A stretch of DNA of 50,516 nucleotides from the NCBI RefSeq assembly GCF_006345805.1, contig NW_021834665.1:1-50516 (forward strand). The letters run 5' to 3'. Shown here piece after piece: positions 1-10,703 of the stretch; position 1 is the stretch's first letter; every line of letters starts with the position of its first letter. This DNA comes from Octopus sinensis. Taxonomy: Eukaryota. The position numbers were made by a program, and so were the translations under genes. Under the pieces are notes generated by a model that was not told where the DNA came from, made no database searches, and saw only the letters and a list, made by a program, of their open reading frames with translations.

Positions 1-19
1 GGGTAGTAAAGAAATAGGT

Positions 20-186
20 ATATTGAATATGACAAGGTTATCTCTATGAAATACAGGTACATCTTACTTTTGCCAGCAGAGTGAATTAAAGTGTCTTGCT
101 GAAAGATACAACGCGCTGCCAGGAATCGAACTCACGACCTTTCGATCTTGAGCCGAATACCTTAACCACTAAGCCACGCGCCTTCA
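20..186 (-). mobile_element. tRNA-derived SINE (family D) head and partial body
   Basis: Reverse complement begins GAAGGCGCGTGGCTTAGTGGTT (A box) ... GAGTTCGATTCC (B box); similar heads at 5449, 29386, 33806, 44268, 48558. Confidence 0.8.
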
Positions 187-729
187 TAAAGATTAAGGCT
201 TGTCAACAAAAAAGTACAGGGATGGTTTCATTCGTAAAAATTATGAATGAACGAAGACAAACGGACAATGACGTCGGTTGGCTGTGGGTGTACGCATAGC
301 TCCACTCCTTGAATTCTTCTGCTTATCGCTATAAGTTTATATGTGAATGCCTAATGACTCAATTTTTTTATATTCACTTCTTTTTATATTAATGATATTG
401 TTGTATTACGTGTGGGTTAGGAGTACTAATAAAGACGAGGAGCGGGCCACCTGAGATTCTTTTGGTTTCCTTTTCATTTGCATGTATTTACGTGTAGGTG
501 TATTTGTTCCTCCGTGTTACACAAAAATAAATTGATTAGCGCAGGTGTACAATTTATTTTGTAAGATTATAATTTATTTATAGGTTTTCAAAATTTATAC
601 AGTTGCTTGCTTAGTATTTTCATCTATTGCTCGTTTTTACTCAATGGATTGCGGCCATGCTGGGGTACCGCAATAAAGTGTCTTAGTCGATGGTTCGGTC
701 GTATAGTTTCCCAACACTTATGGACAAAA

Positions 730-1070
730 CACACATACATACATTGAAATACAGACATACATACTGACAAACAGACAGATATATACATACATTCAAATAC
801 ATACATAAATAAATACATACATACATATATACATACATACATACATACATACATCACTGGAACTGTAAAAATCTAAAATTTTCCAGAAGTTTATCATTTA
901 AATATATATGAGCATGTCTAGATATGCAATATATGCATGTGAATATATACATAAAACAAGACATACGAATTTGCGCATATACATACATACATACATACAT
1001 ACATACATACATACATACATACATACATACATACATACATACATACATACATACATACATACATACATAC
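730..1070. repeat. (ACAT)n microsatellite blocks
   Basis: Degenerate block ~730-855 and pure (TACA)n ~978-1070. Confidence 0.95.
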
Positions 1071-1182
1071 CCTGTTGTTGATGTTGAAATTCCAATGAAG
1101 GAACCTTGGATCTCGGTTAGGAACCGACTCTTCCTCTATTGGCAAGAGATCTTGAAATAAAACTAAACAAACAAATTAAATT

Positions 1183-1640
1183 AAACAAGAGAACTCAGAG
1201 AGCGCAAACCTCCGCCAAAGCAACACCAGCGTCCTCTCAACAATTAGCCAGAGATAATTTTTGAAATGAAAATATCTGAAATAACTCGACTGCTCTCACA
1301 AACGAGAATATTAAACATGAAACCGACTACTCTCAAAAATTAAGTTTAAAAAATGGAAAAATAATCCAGAATTCTTGTCCGGCACTTGATCGATACCAAT
1401 GGTAGTCATGGAATGTGAAGGTGGCTGTAGAAAATTTAGTAACAGTAATAAATAGTTTATCCTTATCTAATACAAGCCAAAGTTAACAAATTCACCATTC
1501 AAAATAGTTTCAAACAAGTATCAAGAAGTTATGGCTGACAATAAGTTTTTAAGAAAAGCCTCAATAAAATCGAAAAATATGCTGTGGATTTGTATCACCG
1601 GAAATATACATCACCTCTACCGCACTTCCTTTTACAATTA
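1183..1640 (-). mobile_element. Helentron/HINE-like non-autonomous element, 3' end
   Basis: Minus strand ends TTGGCGGAGGT (subterminal IR, 1208-1218), then imperfect hairpin GCGCTC-TCT-GAGTTC and TCTTGTTT. The matching 5'-type end TTATTACCTCCG occurs at 16606. The far boundary is uncertain. Confidence 0.5.
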
Positions 1641-1704
<64 letters not shown>

Positions 1705-2160
1705 TATATTTATAATACTTGTTTCCTTTTGAGTGAACTCAGACATTTTATATTATTTATGAGTAGTGAGGTGAGAGAAAAAAAATGAGTATGTGATGTT
1801 TCTGCCACCTCCAGGGGTCTTTAGTGACTTAAATGAACTAAAATCGACTTCAAATAGTTTCGGAACTAGCTTGTCAACTCTCAATACACTCCTAATGCTA
1901 GAACAAGCATTGGTTTGTGTATAGTGAGGCACAAAACCGTGAAATTTGAGAGGTGACGGGCGAATATAATTTTCAGACGGGAGAATATAATTTTCAGAAG
2001 TTTCTAAGGTGAAGTTGTTTGTCGCATGAGTTAACGCCAGAAGCTGCCCATCGGATTCATTTGTATGTCTGTGATCTGAGGATGTTTTCTTTAAACAACT
2101 CTTGGCATCCTTGAGAAAAAGAACGAATTACAGGATCTGTCCTTCCTTCTCTGGAAAATC

Positions 2161-2203
<43 letters not shown>
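2161..2203. repeat. (AAT)n
   Basis: Pure array abutting the LINE 5' truncation at 2204. Confidence 0.95.
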
Positions 2204-2204
<1 letters not shown>

Positions 2205-3047
2205 CCCTTCATGGTAAATACTGGACTAAACTAAATGCAAACGAAATAGACAAAGAAAAATCCTAGCAATGGTTGAGAAGCTCAGAACTCAAAGCAGAGA
2301 CAGAGGGATTTTTAATTGTAGCACAAAACCAAAGCCTCCCCACCAGAAATTACCAAAAAGATGTAATGAAAAGAAATATAACAAGTAACTGCAGAATATG
2401 TGGAATGGACAAGAAACAATAAATCATATTATCTCTGACTGCCCAGTCCTGGCTAAGAAGGAATATATTCACAGACATGACAGAGTTGGAACCTACATAC
2501 ACTGGAAGCTCTGCCAACATTATGGAATAACAACAGAAAAAAGATGGTATAGACACACACCAAAAAAGGTCACAGGAAACGAGAAAGCAACCATACTCTG
2601 GGATATGCCGATACACACAGATAAAGAAATTAAGGCCAACAAACTAGATATAGTTGTCAGAGATCATGAAGGAAAAAAATGCTTTCTGATTGATGTATCA
2701 ATACCGGCAGATGACAACGTGTCTCTAAAAGAAATGGAGAAACTTTCAAAATACAAAGACCTGGAAATAGAGGTAACCAGAATGTGGAATCTAAAAACAG
2801 AAACAATCCCTATCATAGTAGGTGCATTAGGCATGATAAAAAAAATATTCAGACAAATACATAACAAAAACACCAGGACTTACAAACACATATAACATAC
2901 AGAAAATTGCACTACTAGGCACTGCACACATCCTACGCAGAAAACTTTAACAATCAGAGCATCACAACAAATCACAGCACATACCCAAGGCACACAGAGC
3001 TGCGCTCGGTAGTGAAGTGAAAGCACGCTATAAAAATAAAACTACTG
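2204..3047 (+). mobile_element. 5'-truncated R4/Dong-like non-LTR retrotransposon (CCHC finger, restriction-like endonuclease, 3' UTR)
   Basis: Translation PLHGKYW...CRICG/ETINHIISDCPVLAKKEYIHRHD...KLDIV...LIDVSIPAD...EKLSKYKDL...IPIIVGALG...LGTAHILRR, with a stop and frameshifts. Flanked by (AAT)n on both sides. Confidence 0.88.
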
Positions 3048-3107
3048 AATAATAATAATAATAATAATAGTAATAATAATAACAACAACAACAACAACAA
3101 CAACAAC

Positions 3108-3193
<86 letters not shown>

Positions 3194-3227
3194 TAACAAT
3201 AACAATAATAATAATAATAATAATAAT
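3048..3227. repeat. (AAT)n/(AAC)n compound array
   Basis: Direct inspection; source of the poly-L/Y/I ORFs. Confidence 0.95.
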
Positions 3228-3719
3228 GTAGCATGATGGCACAGAAAGAATATAAAAAGACATGACAATCTAGAGAGAGTACTCCACTGGGAGTTATGTA
3301 GAAAACTAGGATTTGACCATACTGATAAATGGTATGAATATGAACCTAGTAAAGTACTAGAAAGTAAGAAGTATAAGATGTGGGACTTTCACATACAAAC
3401 TGACAGAGTAATAGAAAATAGGAGGCCCGATTTAGCAGTAGTAAACAAAGAGAATAGAAAGTGCCAGATAATTGACTTTACAGTCCCAAATGATGAAAAA
3501 AATCAGTACGAGGGGTATAGAAAAAATAGCAAAGTACCAAGACCTAGACATTGAATTACAGAGACTATGGAAAGTGCGAGTAAAATGTATCCCAGTAGCT
3601 ACAGGTGTATTAGGAACTAAAGATTTGAACAGGCGAATAGAGGAGATACTTTAGTACAGCTCCAGAAAACAATGTTATTGGGGACAGCTAGGATACTTAG
3701 GAGGGTTCTTGGCATCTAA
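3228..3719 (+). mobile_element. Second, diverged R4/Dong-like 3' fragment (REL domain)
   Basis: AQKEY..RHD..LHWELC..WDFHIQTDRVIENRRPDL..IIDFTVPND..EKIAKYQDL..LGTARILRRVLGI*, with frameshifts. Starts right after (AAT)n. Confidence 0.85.
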
Positions 3720-3833
3720 GGATACTTAGGAGGGTTCTTGGCATCTAAGAATACTTAGGAGGGTTCTTGGCATCTAAGGATACTTAAGAGGGTTCTTGGC
3801 ATCTAAGGATACTTAGGAGGGTTCTTGGCATCT
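3691..3833 (+). repeat. 29-bp tandem repeat, 4.9 copies (GGATACTTAGGAGGGTTCTTGGCATCTAA)
   Basis: Units at 3691, 3720, 3749, 3778, 3807; two single substitutions; no spacers. Confidence 0.95.
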
Positions 3834-4287
3834 GGGAAGAGGGTATTTTCAAGTTAAAGGAAAGATGGAGACAAAATGGTTCATATTTGGTTGATTAAAA
3901 ATGTAATGGCAAGTATTTATTGACCGTTTTCTTTCCTTTAAAAATCGGCACGAACTTTCCGGACAACCCAGTAATTAGACAGGTAGGAGATTGTATGACG
4001 ATCATCTTTTGTTGAAAGCTTCATTGCAAAAATCGAAACCAGTTTGCGGGTTCGAATTACCGGAACTATATCTCTGCTTCACCGCACTTCCTTTTATGAT
4101 TGAAAAAATAAGGAAAAGTAGAAAATGTTTGGAGAACATTATAAAGGAAAACTGAAAGAAGACATGTATCGCTTTCGATCATTTAAGACTTCTTCCTATT
4201 GAATAAAATGAAAAGAAAAATTGAAAAAAATTCTGATTTTAAATTTTCATAATAATCAGTTCTGGAAGTTATATAAATATATTCATA

Positions 4288-4691
4288 GGCGTAGGAGTGG
4301 CTGTGTAATAAGTAGCTTGTTTACCAGCCACATGGTTCCGGGTTCATTCCCACTGCGTGGCACCTTGGGCAAGTGTCTTCTACTAAAACCTTGGGCCGAC
4401 CAATGCCTTGTGAGTGGATTTGGTAGACAGAAACTGAAAGAAGCCCATCGTATATATGCATATATATGTGTGTGTGTATATGTTTGTGTGTCTGTGTTTG
4501 TACCCCAAAATCGCTTGACAACCGATGCTGTTTATGTCCCCGTAACTTAGCGGTTCGGCAAAAAAGACCAATAGAATAAGTACTAAGCTTACAAAGAATA
4601 AGTCCTGGGGTCGATTTGCTCGACTGAAGGCGGTGCTCCAGCATGGCCGCAGTCAAATGACTGAAACAAGTAAAAGAGAGTAAAAAGAGTA
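4288..4691 (+). mobile_element. tRNA-derived SINE family A, full length
   Basis: Head GGCGTAGGAGTGGCTGTG..GGTTCCGGGTTCA, body CCTTGGGCAAGTGTCTT..GGAAACTGAAAGAAGCCC, internal (TA)/(TG) tract, tail CAGTCAAATGACTGAAAC-(A-rich); at least 7 near-complete copies in the window. Confidence 0.9.
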
Positions 4692-4748
4692 TACTGCTGT
4701 ACGCATGTATATAAATTTAGTGTTGACTGTCGGAAGACTACATACTCG

Positions 4749-4779
<31 letters not shown>

Positions 4780-5102
4780 TGTGTGCTTATATTGGTTTCT
4801 TTTTTTCTTTACAGAATGCTCCTACTTCATATCATATTAATGGCGAAGTGAGAGAGAATGATAAGGAAATTTAGGGCATTTATGTCACCCACCGAGGTCG
4901 TTAGCGTCTGAAGCATAAGCAAATTGGTGTCAACCGGTATACGGAACTGACTAGTCAAGCCTCTACACTCCTTTAATTCAGGAAATATCAATTTGTTTGT
5001 ATTGAGGCACAGTACCGTGTAATTTGAAGGAGTAATAGGAAATTACCAAGGTGGGCTTTCATATGTCTTTCTCAAAGGTAACAGTGGTATATCCTTTTGC
5101 CT

Positions 5103-5690
5103 GTTACTTGTTTCAGTCATTGGACTGCGGCCATACTAGAGCATTGCCTTGAAGGGTTTAGTTGTTCCTTCTCGAGCCATGCCTGGATCATAAGGGCCGG
5201 TTTCCCGGTTTCCTTGGCGTACAGGTTCCCCACTTGGACGGGACGCCGGTCCGTTGCAGGTGAGCTGCAAGAGGAAAGAGTGAGAGAAAGTTGTGGCGAA
5301 AGAGTCAGCAGAAGTTCGCCATTACCTTCTGCCGGAGCAACGTGGAGCTTAGGTGTTTCGCTCATAAACACACACATCGCCTGGTCTGAGATTCGAACCC
5401 ACAATCCCTCGACCGCTGCTCTAACCGCTCGGCCACGTGCCTCCACGATGGGTTTAGTTGAACGAACAGACCCACTTTACTGCGATTTCTTAGAGTATTT
5501 CGGTATTACGTGTCAAAAGTGAAACAATGACATCATTATTGTAATGTAAGATAACAGTTTCAGTTACTTATTCTATCGGTCTCTTTTGCCGAACTACTAA
5601 GTTATAGAGACGTTAACAACCCAACACCAGTTGCCTAGCGATGATGGAACGGGACAAACATAAAGATACGCATATAAGCCCATGCACACA
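5103..5690 (-). mobile_element. SINE family A 3' half, interrupted by a family D insertion
   Basis: Tail motif at 5103-5153 resumes after the insertion at 5461. Confidence 0.75.
5165..5449 (-). mobile_element. tRNA-derived SINE family D, full length, 11-bp TSD
   Basis: A box TGGCCGAGCGG, B box GGTTCGAATC; TSD GGGTTTAGTTG at 5154-5164 and 5450-5460. Confidence 0.88.
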
Positions 5691-5714
5691 TAAATACACA
5701 CATACATACACACG

Positions 5715-5790
<76 letters not shown>

Positions 5791-5849
5791 ACACACACAC
5801 ACACACAAACATACACATACATACACATACGTATATATATGTATATATA

Positions 5850-6044
5850 TGTGCTGAAAATTTCCTGGCATTGGGTAAAAGGAAATACAGGAGGATCAGT
5901 TAATTATGATTTTATCCAACATATTCCCCTCTCAGATTCACACAAAAGGTTTTCTAAGCCCTGTAAAAGAATTCGGAAGGTTGAGCCTCCAACCAGGCCT
6001 TTCATGATACTCTTAAAGCCAGGGACTTTTCAGCACTCACCTCG
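5850..6044. mobile_element. Mariner-type MITE, degenerate copy
   Basis: Ends GTGCTGAAAATTTCCTGGC / GCCAGGGACTTTTCAGCAC; homologous to 33866-34081. Confidence 0.75.
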
Positions 6045-6251
6045 TGTGTTATGTATATATATATATATATATATAATATTAGATATATATGTGTGTGTGT
6101 GTGTGGTGGTGTGTGTGTGTGTGTGTGTGTGTGTGTTGTATGTATGTATGCATGTATGTATGCATGTATGTATGTATGTATGTATATATATATACATATA
6201 CGTATATACAATACATATATACATACACACCCACACCACGCACACACACAC

Positions 6252-6284
<33 letters not shown>

Positions 6285-6359
6285 TATATATAATATATAT
6301 ATATTATATATATATATATATATATCATACATACATATACAACCGAAACAAAAAATGAA

Positions 6360-6640
6360 CAAGAACGTAACAGGCGAAAACAAAACATCTGGACAGTTAG
6401 ACGATACAAAGGACAGGAAAAAAACAAGGACGGGTCATTCGGAACTTTCTATCGTCAGTCGAGTTCCAGATCATCCCTGGAGGTTTGCCCGGATACACTC
6501 GGGACTGTTCCAATCTGGATGGCCCCAAGAAAATCTAAGCTAAGAGCCCTAGATTCTTTGGAAGAAACCAAGCGAATGTATACGAAAACAAGGACGAACA
6601 GACGGAGTAATGGTACACAATTATAAATACAAACAACAAG
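6360..6640 (-). mobile_element. Penelope-like pseudo-LTR fragment with degenerate hammerhead-like core
   Basis: Homologous to 46758-47010; minus strand CTGACGA (6458-6452)...GAATGACCCGTC. Confidence 0.5.
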
Positions 6641-6784
6641 ACATTAACAACAGGTGTCTTTCGACTAAGGATGAATTAAATTAAGCTGGTGCGTGTGGAG
6701 TGAAGCCTTAAGGCAGGAAGATAAGGGATGAAAGTTGTGGGAAAGAATATAAGAGATGCTACACGGATGGCAGTCGAACGTATA

Positions 6785-6940
6785 CATCTGACGAGTTTCC
6801 GTTTACCATACTTACTCACAAGACATTAGTTTGCCACGAGCTACAGAAAAAGATACATATCCAAAGTGCCATGCAGTGGGACTGAACCCGAAATCACGTG
6901 GTTGCAAAGTGAGCTACTTATCCACCCACCCATGCCTAAC
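6785..6940 (-). mobile_element. SINE family A 5' half, degenerate
   Basis: GTTTCCGTTTACC..GTGGGACTGAACCCG match the family A reverse complement. Confidence 0.65.
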
Positions 6941-7285
6941 TATCACTACAATCGTGAATTCAAACCACTTCACTTCGTGATCTTAACTTCTCTTTCCCTT
7001 GCTATGATTCTATATATAAATATAGATTATTTAACTACTGTTATTAAATCCCAGACAAGCTGTGATCATCTCGTTCTTCTCATAGATAATGGTGATTCTA
7101 GAAGAGCATTGCCGAATGTATCTTTCCTGTTTGAAGACAGTAAGGTGGGCTGATGATTTGGTTTCAAATGTCCGATGTTGACTTAGCTGGTAGAGACTTC
7201 GAAATGGTGTCAATATTATTTTTGTTAATGAATTTTTTTTAATATATATATTATCCGAAATGTAGAGTATTATACATCCATTACG

Positions 7286-7375
7286 ACCGATCTTACCAAT
7301 CAGTTTCGCGCTAGGGATTCAACGGAGTGTTAGGTAACAATCCTATTATGTAATCCTACGCTCATCAGAGGTAGC
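7286..7375 (-). ncRNA. Type I hammerhead ribozyme motif, copy 1
   Basis: CTGATGA (7368-7362), stem II GCGTAGGAT/ATCCCTAGCGC, GAAAC (7307-7303), near-palindromic TGATTG, cleavage triplet GTA (7296-7294). Confidence 0.75.
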
Positions 7376-7733
7376 CGATATGGAACGAAATATCGATAAT
7401 ACCCACTCTATTGACAAATATACGAGTACATTTTTCCTAACTTATAGACTCATAGATGACTCACACACACCACACACACACACACACACACACGCACATG
7501 CACACGCACGCACACGCACACACGCACGCGCACACACACACACACACACACACAAATATATTAATCGCAGTATACATTTTGTTGTGTCTGGGGAGAGTTA
7601 TTCTCTTTTAGTGCCTTATTATTTAACACACTCACGATAAATTTTCCGCTCATTTACTTATTTATTTTTCCTAAAATTTTCCTTGCTTCTTGCAACATTT
7701 TCGTAGTATACCGTTCCATATATATTCATTGCA

Positions 7734-7823
7734 GCCGATCTTGCCAATCGGTTTCGCACTAGGAATTCGACGGAGTGTTAGATAACAGCCCGATTATGTA
7801 ACCTTGCACTCTTCAGAGATGGC
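7734..7823 (-). ncRNA. Type I hammerhead ribozyme motif, copy 2 (cleavage triplet mutated to GCA)
   Basis: CTGAAGA (7816-7810), GAAAC (7755-7751), CGATTG, GCA; stem I GCCATCT/AGAT(C)GGC; direct repeat of copy 1. Confidence 0.65.
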
Positions 7824-7927
7824 AGTTATGGAATGAAATAAGGCGGCTGCACATACATACCAATAGATGCATACCAATAGTTAGATAGATAGATAGATAG
7901 ATAGATAGACAGACAGACAAATGCATG

Positions 7928-7969
<42 letters not shown>

Positions 7970-8454
7970 ATACATATATATGTATGTAGTTGATGTCATA
8001 ACTTAATATCTATGCGCTATTGTTTAAAGAATTGTCTACTTTGAGATGCAACATTCCAAAACAGAATATATATGTGCACTTTCGTGTATGTATGAAATAT
8101 TAATGAAATAAATATATATATATTCGGCATTTAAACTCTTTATCACAGAAATAATATATACAATAATTCCAATCTTTAAAACTAAGATGCCGTGCTATAT
8201 TGGTGTACAGCCCAAAGTGTTTTCACAGTAAGATCGTTAAGTTAATAATTCAAATCGATTTTCATTCTAATCTTTTCTGTTTCAGCACACACACAAGAAC
8301 TGCTGTATTAGCATTTCTTTTATCTCTTAACTGTACAGTGTATTATGAAATGTCGTTAAGTTTAGTCAGACTTCTCTATGAGACCTACACTCACTGAGAC
8401 AATACAACTGAAATCACTCTTCCACGAATTACATACTTGTTGCAATATTTAAGA

Positions 8455-8715
8455 TTGTTTGCGAGTGGGCAGAACTGTTAGCACGTCGGACAAAATATTT
8501 AAAACGGTTTTTCTTTGTGTTCTGAGTTCAAATCTCGTCGAGGTCAGCATTACCTTTTTATCCTTTGGGTTCAAGCACTGTGGTGAACGCAATCAACTGG
8601 TCTCTCCCTAAAATTGCTTCATTTTATCGATTAAAGATAAAGCTGATCTCGGCGGAATTTGAACTCAGAACGTAAACGGCCAGAGGAAATAATCGATTCC
8701 ACATGGTTCGCCAAT
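8455..8715. mobile_element. Two degenerate family B SINEs, tail to tail
   Basis: TTCTGAGTTCAAAT on + (~8521) and GGAATTTGAACTCAGAACG on the opposite orientation (~8653). Confidence 0.65.
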
Positions 8716-9053
8716 TAATTTCAATCTTTCAAGTAAATCAGTATTTTATAACTTGGTTGTTGTTGTTGTTGATATATTATGTTGTGTCCCCAACACTCTT
8801 TTTAGACTGTCGAATTTTGTAATACACGATTTTTACAGCAATCTCTCTCCTTCTCTCTCTCTCCCTCTACCTCTCTCTCTTTCTCTTTCTTTTCTCTCAA
8901 TATATATATATATGTGTGTGTGTGTGGTGTCTGTGTGTGTGTGTAAATATAGGTCACTTTTATGGCTACTGGTTACATGTAACTTCGCTTTCTAGGGTAG
9001 AATATACATACAAACATACATACATACATACATACACAAATACGTGGATATAT

Positions 9054-9170
<117 letters not shown>

Positions 9171-9189
9171 TAGATAGATATAGAGATAG

Positions 9190-9702
9190 ATATGAATTAA
9201 ATAAAATGAGACAACAAAGCCAAGGCAGTGTGAAATTTCTAGGACATTTATAAAGAGAAAGATAGTCTTACAGATGTTTCAGGAATGTAAAAGATATCCC
9301 ATCATCAGAGTCGATAATAGAAGGAAATTATTTTTTCAAAGGTAGAGATATAGGAAATATAAAGGGAAATATGAGAGTAAAAATATATGTTGGAATTTAC
9401 ATACCATGGACGAGAAGCCTTTTTACCTATTCTACACAGTACATTGCCTGGATAATGGTACAGCAACTTTAACATTCAACACATATTTTTATTTTTATTC
9501 TCGTATTTCCCTTTATACTTCTCATAAAGTTCTTATATTGAACCCTACTATTTCCTTTTATTTAACTCTCCCTTATCCTCTCCGATGATAGTATATCTTT
9601 TACATCACTGAAACAGCTGTAAGACTACCTTTCTCTTTATAAATGTCCTAGAAATTTCACACTGCCTTGGCTTTGTTGTCTCATTTTATATTTAACTCAT
9701 AT
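9190..9702. mobile_element. Foldback element of two inverted Penelope-like pLTR arms, each with a hammerhead motif
   Basis: 9201-9261 is a perfect 61-nt inverted repeat of 9629-9689, and similarity continues inward. Cores: CTGATGA..GAAAC-ATCT-GTA on - (9308-9269) and CCGATGA..GAAAC-AGCT-GTA on + (9582-9621). Confidence 0.72.
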
Positions 9703-9714
9703 ATATATATCCAT

Positions 9715-10098
9715 GTATGTATGTACATATGTATGTATGTACGTACGTACGTATGTATGTATGTATGTATTATGTATGTATGTATGTATGTATGTATGTG
9801 TGCATGTATGTATGTATGTATGTGTGCATGTATGTATGTATGTGTGCATGTATGTATGTATGTATGTATGTATGTGTGCATGTATGTATGTATGTATGCA
9901 TGTGTGCATGTATGTATGTATGTATGTATGTATGTATGTATATATATATATGTAAGTATGTACATGTATGTATGTATGTTTGTATGTATGTATGTGTGTA
10001 TGTATGTATGTATGTACGTATGTATGTATGTATGTATGTATGTATGTATGTATGTATGTATGTATGTATGTATGTATGTATGTATGTTTGTATGTATA
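9715..10098. repeat. (TATG)n array with TGCA variants
   Basis: Direct inspection. Confidence 0.95.
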
Positions 10099-10426
10099 TT
10101 CTACCCTATTGTAAAAGAAATATAGCGTGTAGTCATGTAACCAGTGCCAAGTAACAGCTGAATTTCTTTAAGAAAGTCTTAATCAGCTAGTGGAAGTTGT
10201 TATCTTTATTCTTTGAGACTGTTCTCATATAATTCTAGTTACTGGAAGGGGTAATGGTATTTCCATCGCAAAGTGAATTAAAAGAACTGTGTCCCTGTCG
10301 CAGAACAATGAAGCTAATTCTTTCTATTTAACTATCTAATGTATCGTACACGGAACATAAAAATAATTACGGAACATTCAAATATTTTATGATAGATAAA
10401 TAAATAAATAAATACATACATAAATA

Positions 10427-10522
10427 GGCGCAGGCGCAGCTGTGTGGTAAGAAGTTTGGTTCCCAATCACATGGTTCCGGGTTCAGTTCCACGAGGTGGT
10501 AACTTGGGGAAGTATCTGTCGT
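10427..10522 (+). mobile_element. SINE family A head only
   Basis: GGCGCAG..CACATGGTTCCGGGTTCAG. Confidence 0.75.
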
Positions 10523-10703
10523 GTATATATATATATATAATGAGAAAATGGAGAAATATATCTAAATCAATCATCAACCATCTGATAATACCCAATCAAT
10601 ACTTTATTAAACCATTACACAATAGCAATGATATTATACATTAATATAGTACAAATATAACAAGACATAGAAATAGAAATAGAAATACATTTACATTGTA
10701 GCT

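Noticed and set aside
3691-3833. CRISPR-like 29-bp repeats
   Set aside because: Head-to-tail with no spacers, no cas genes, eukaryotic context; the unit is the end of a LINE ORF.
5117-5446. 109-aa ORF and recurring ORFs ending ..CPRCHAVGLNPEPCGW
   Set aside because: Incidental frames within SINE families D and A.
5720-5800. (CA)n(CG)n(CA)n Z-DNA-prone tract
   Set aside because: Real but commonplace in this SSR-rich sequence; nothing links it to a function.
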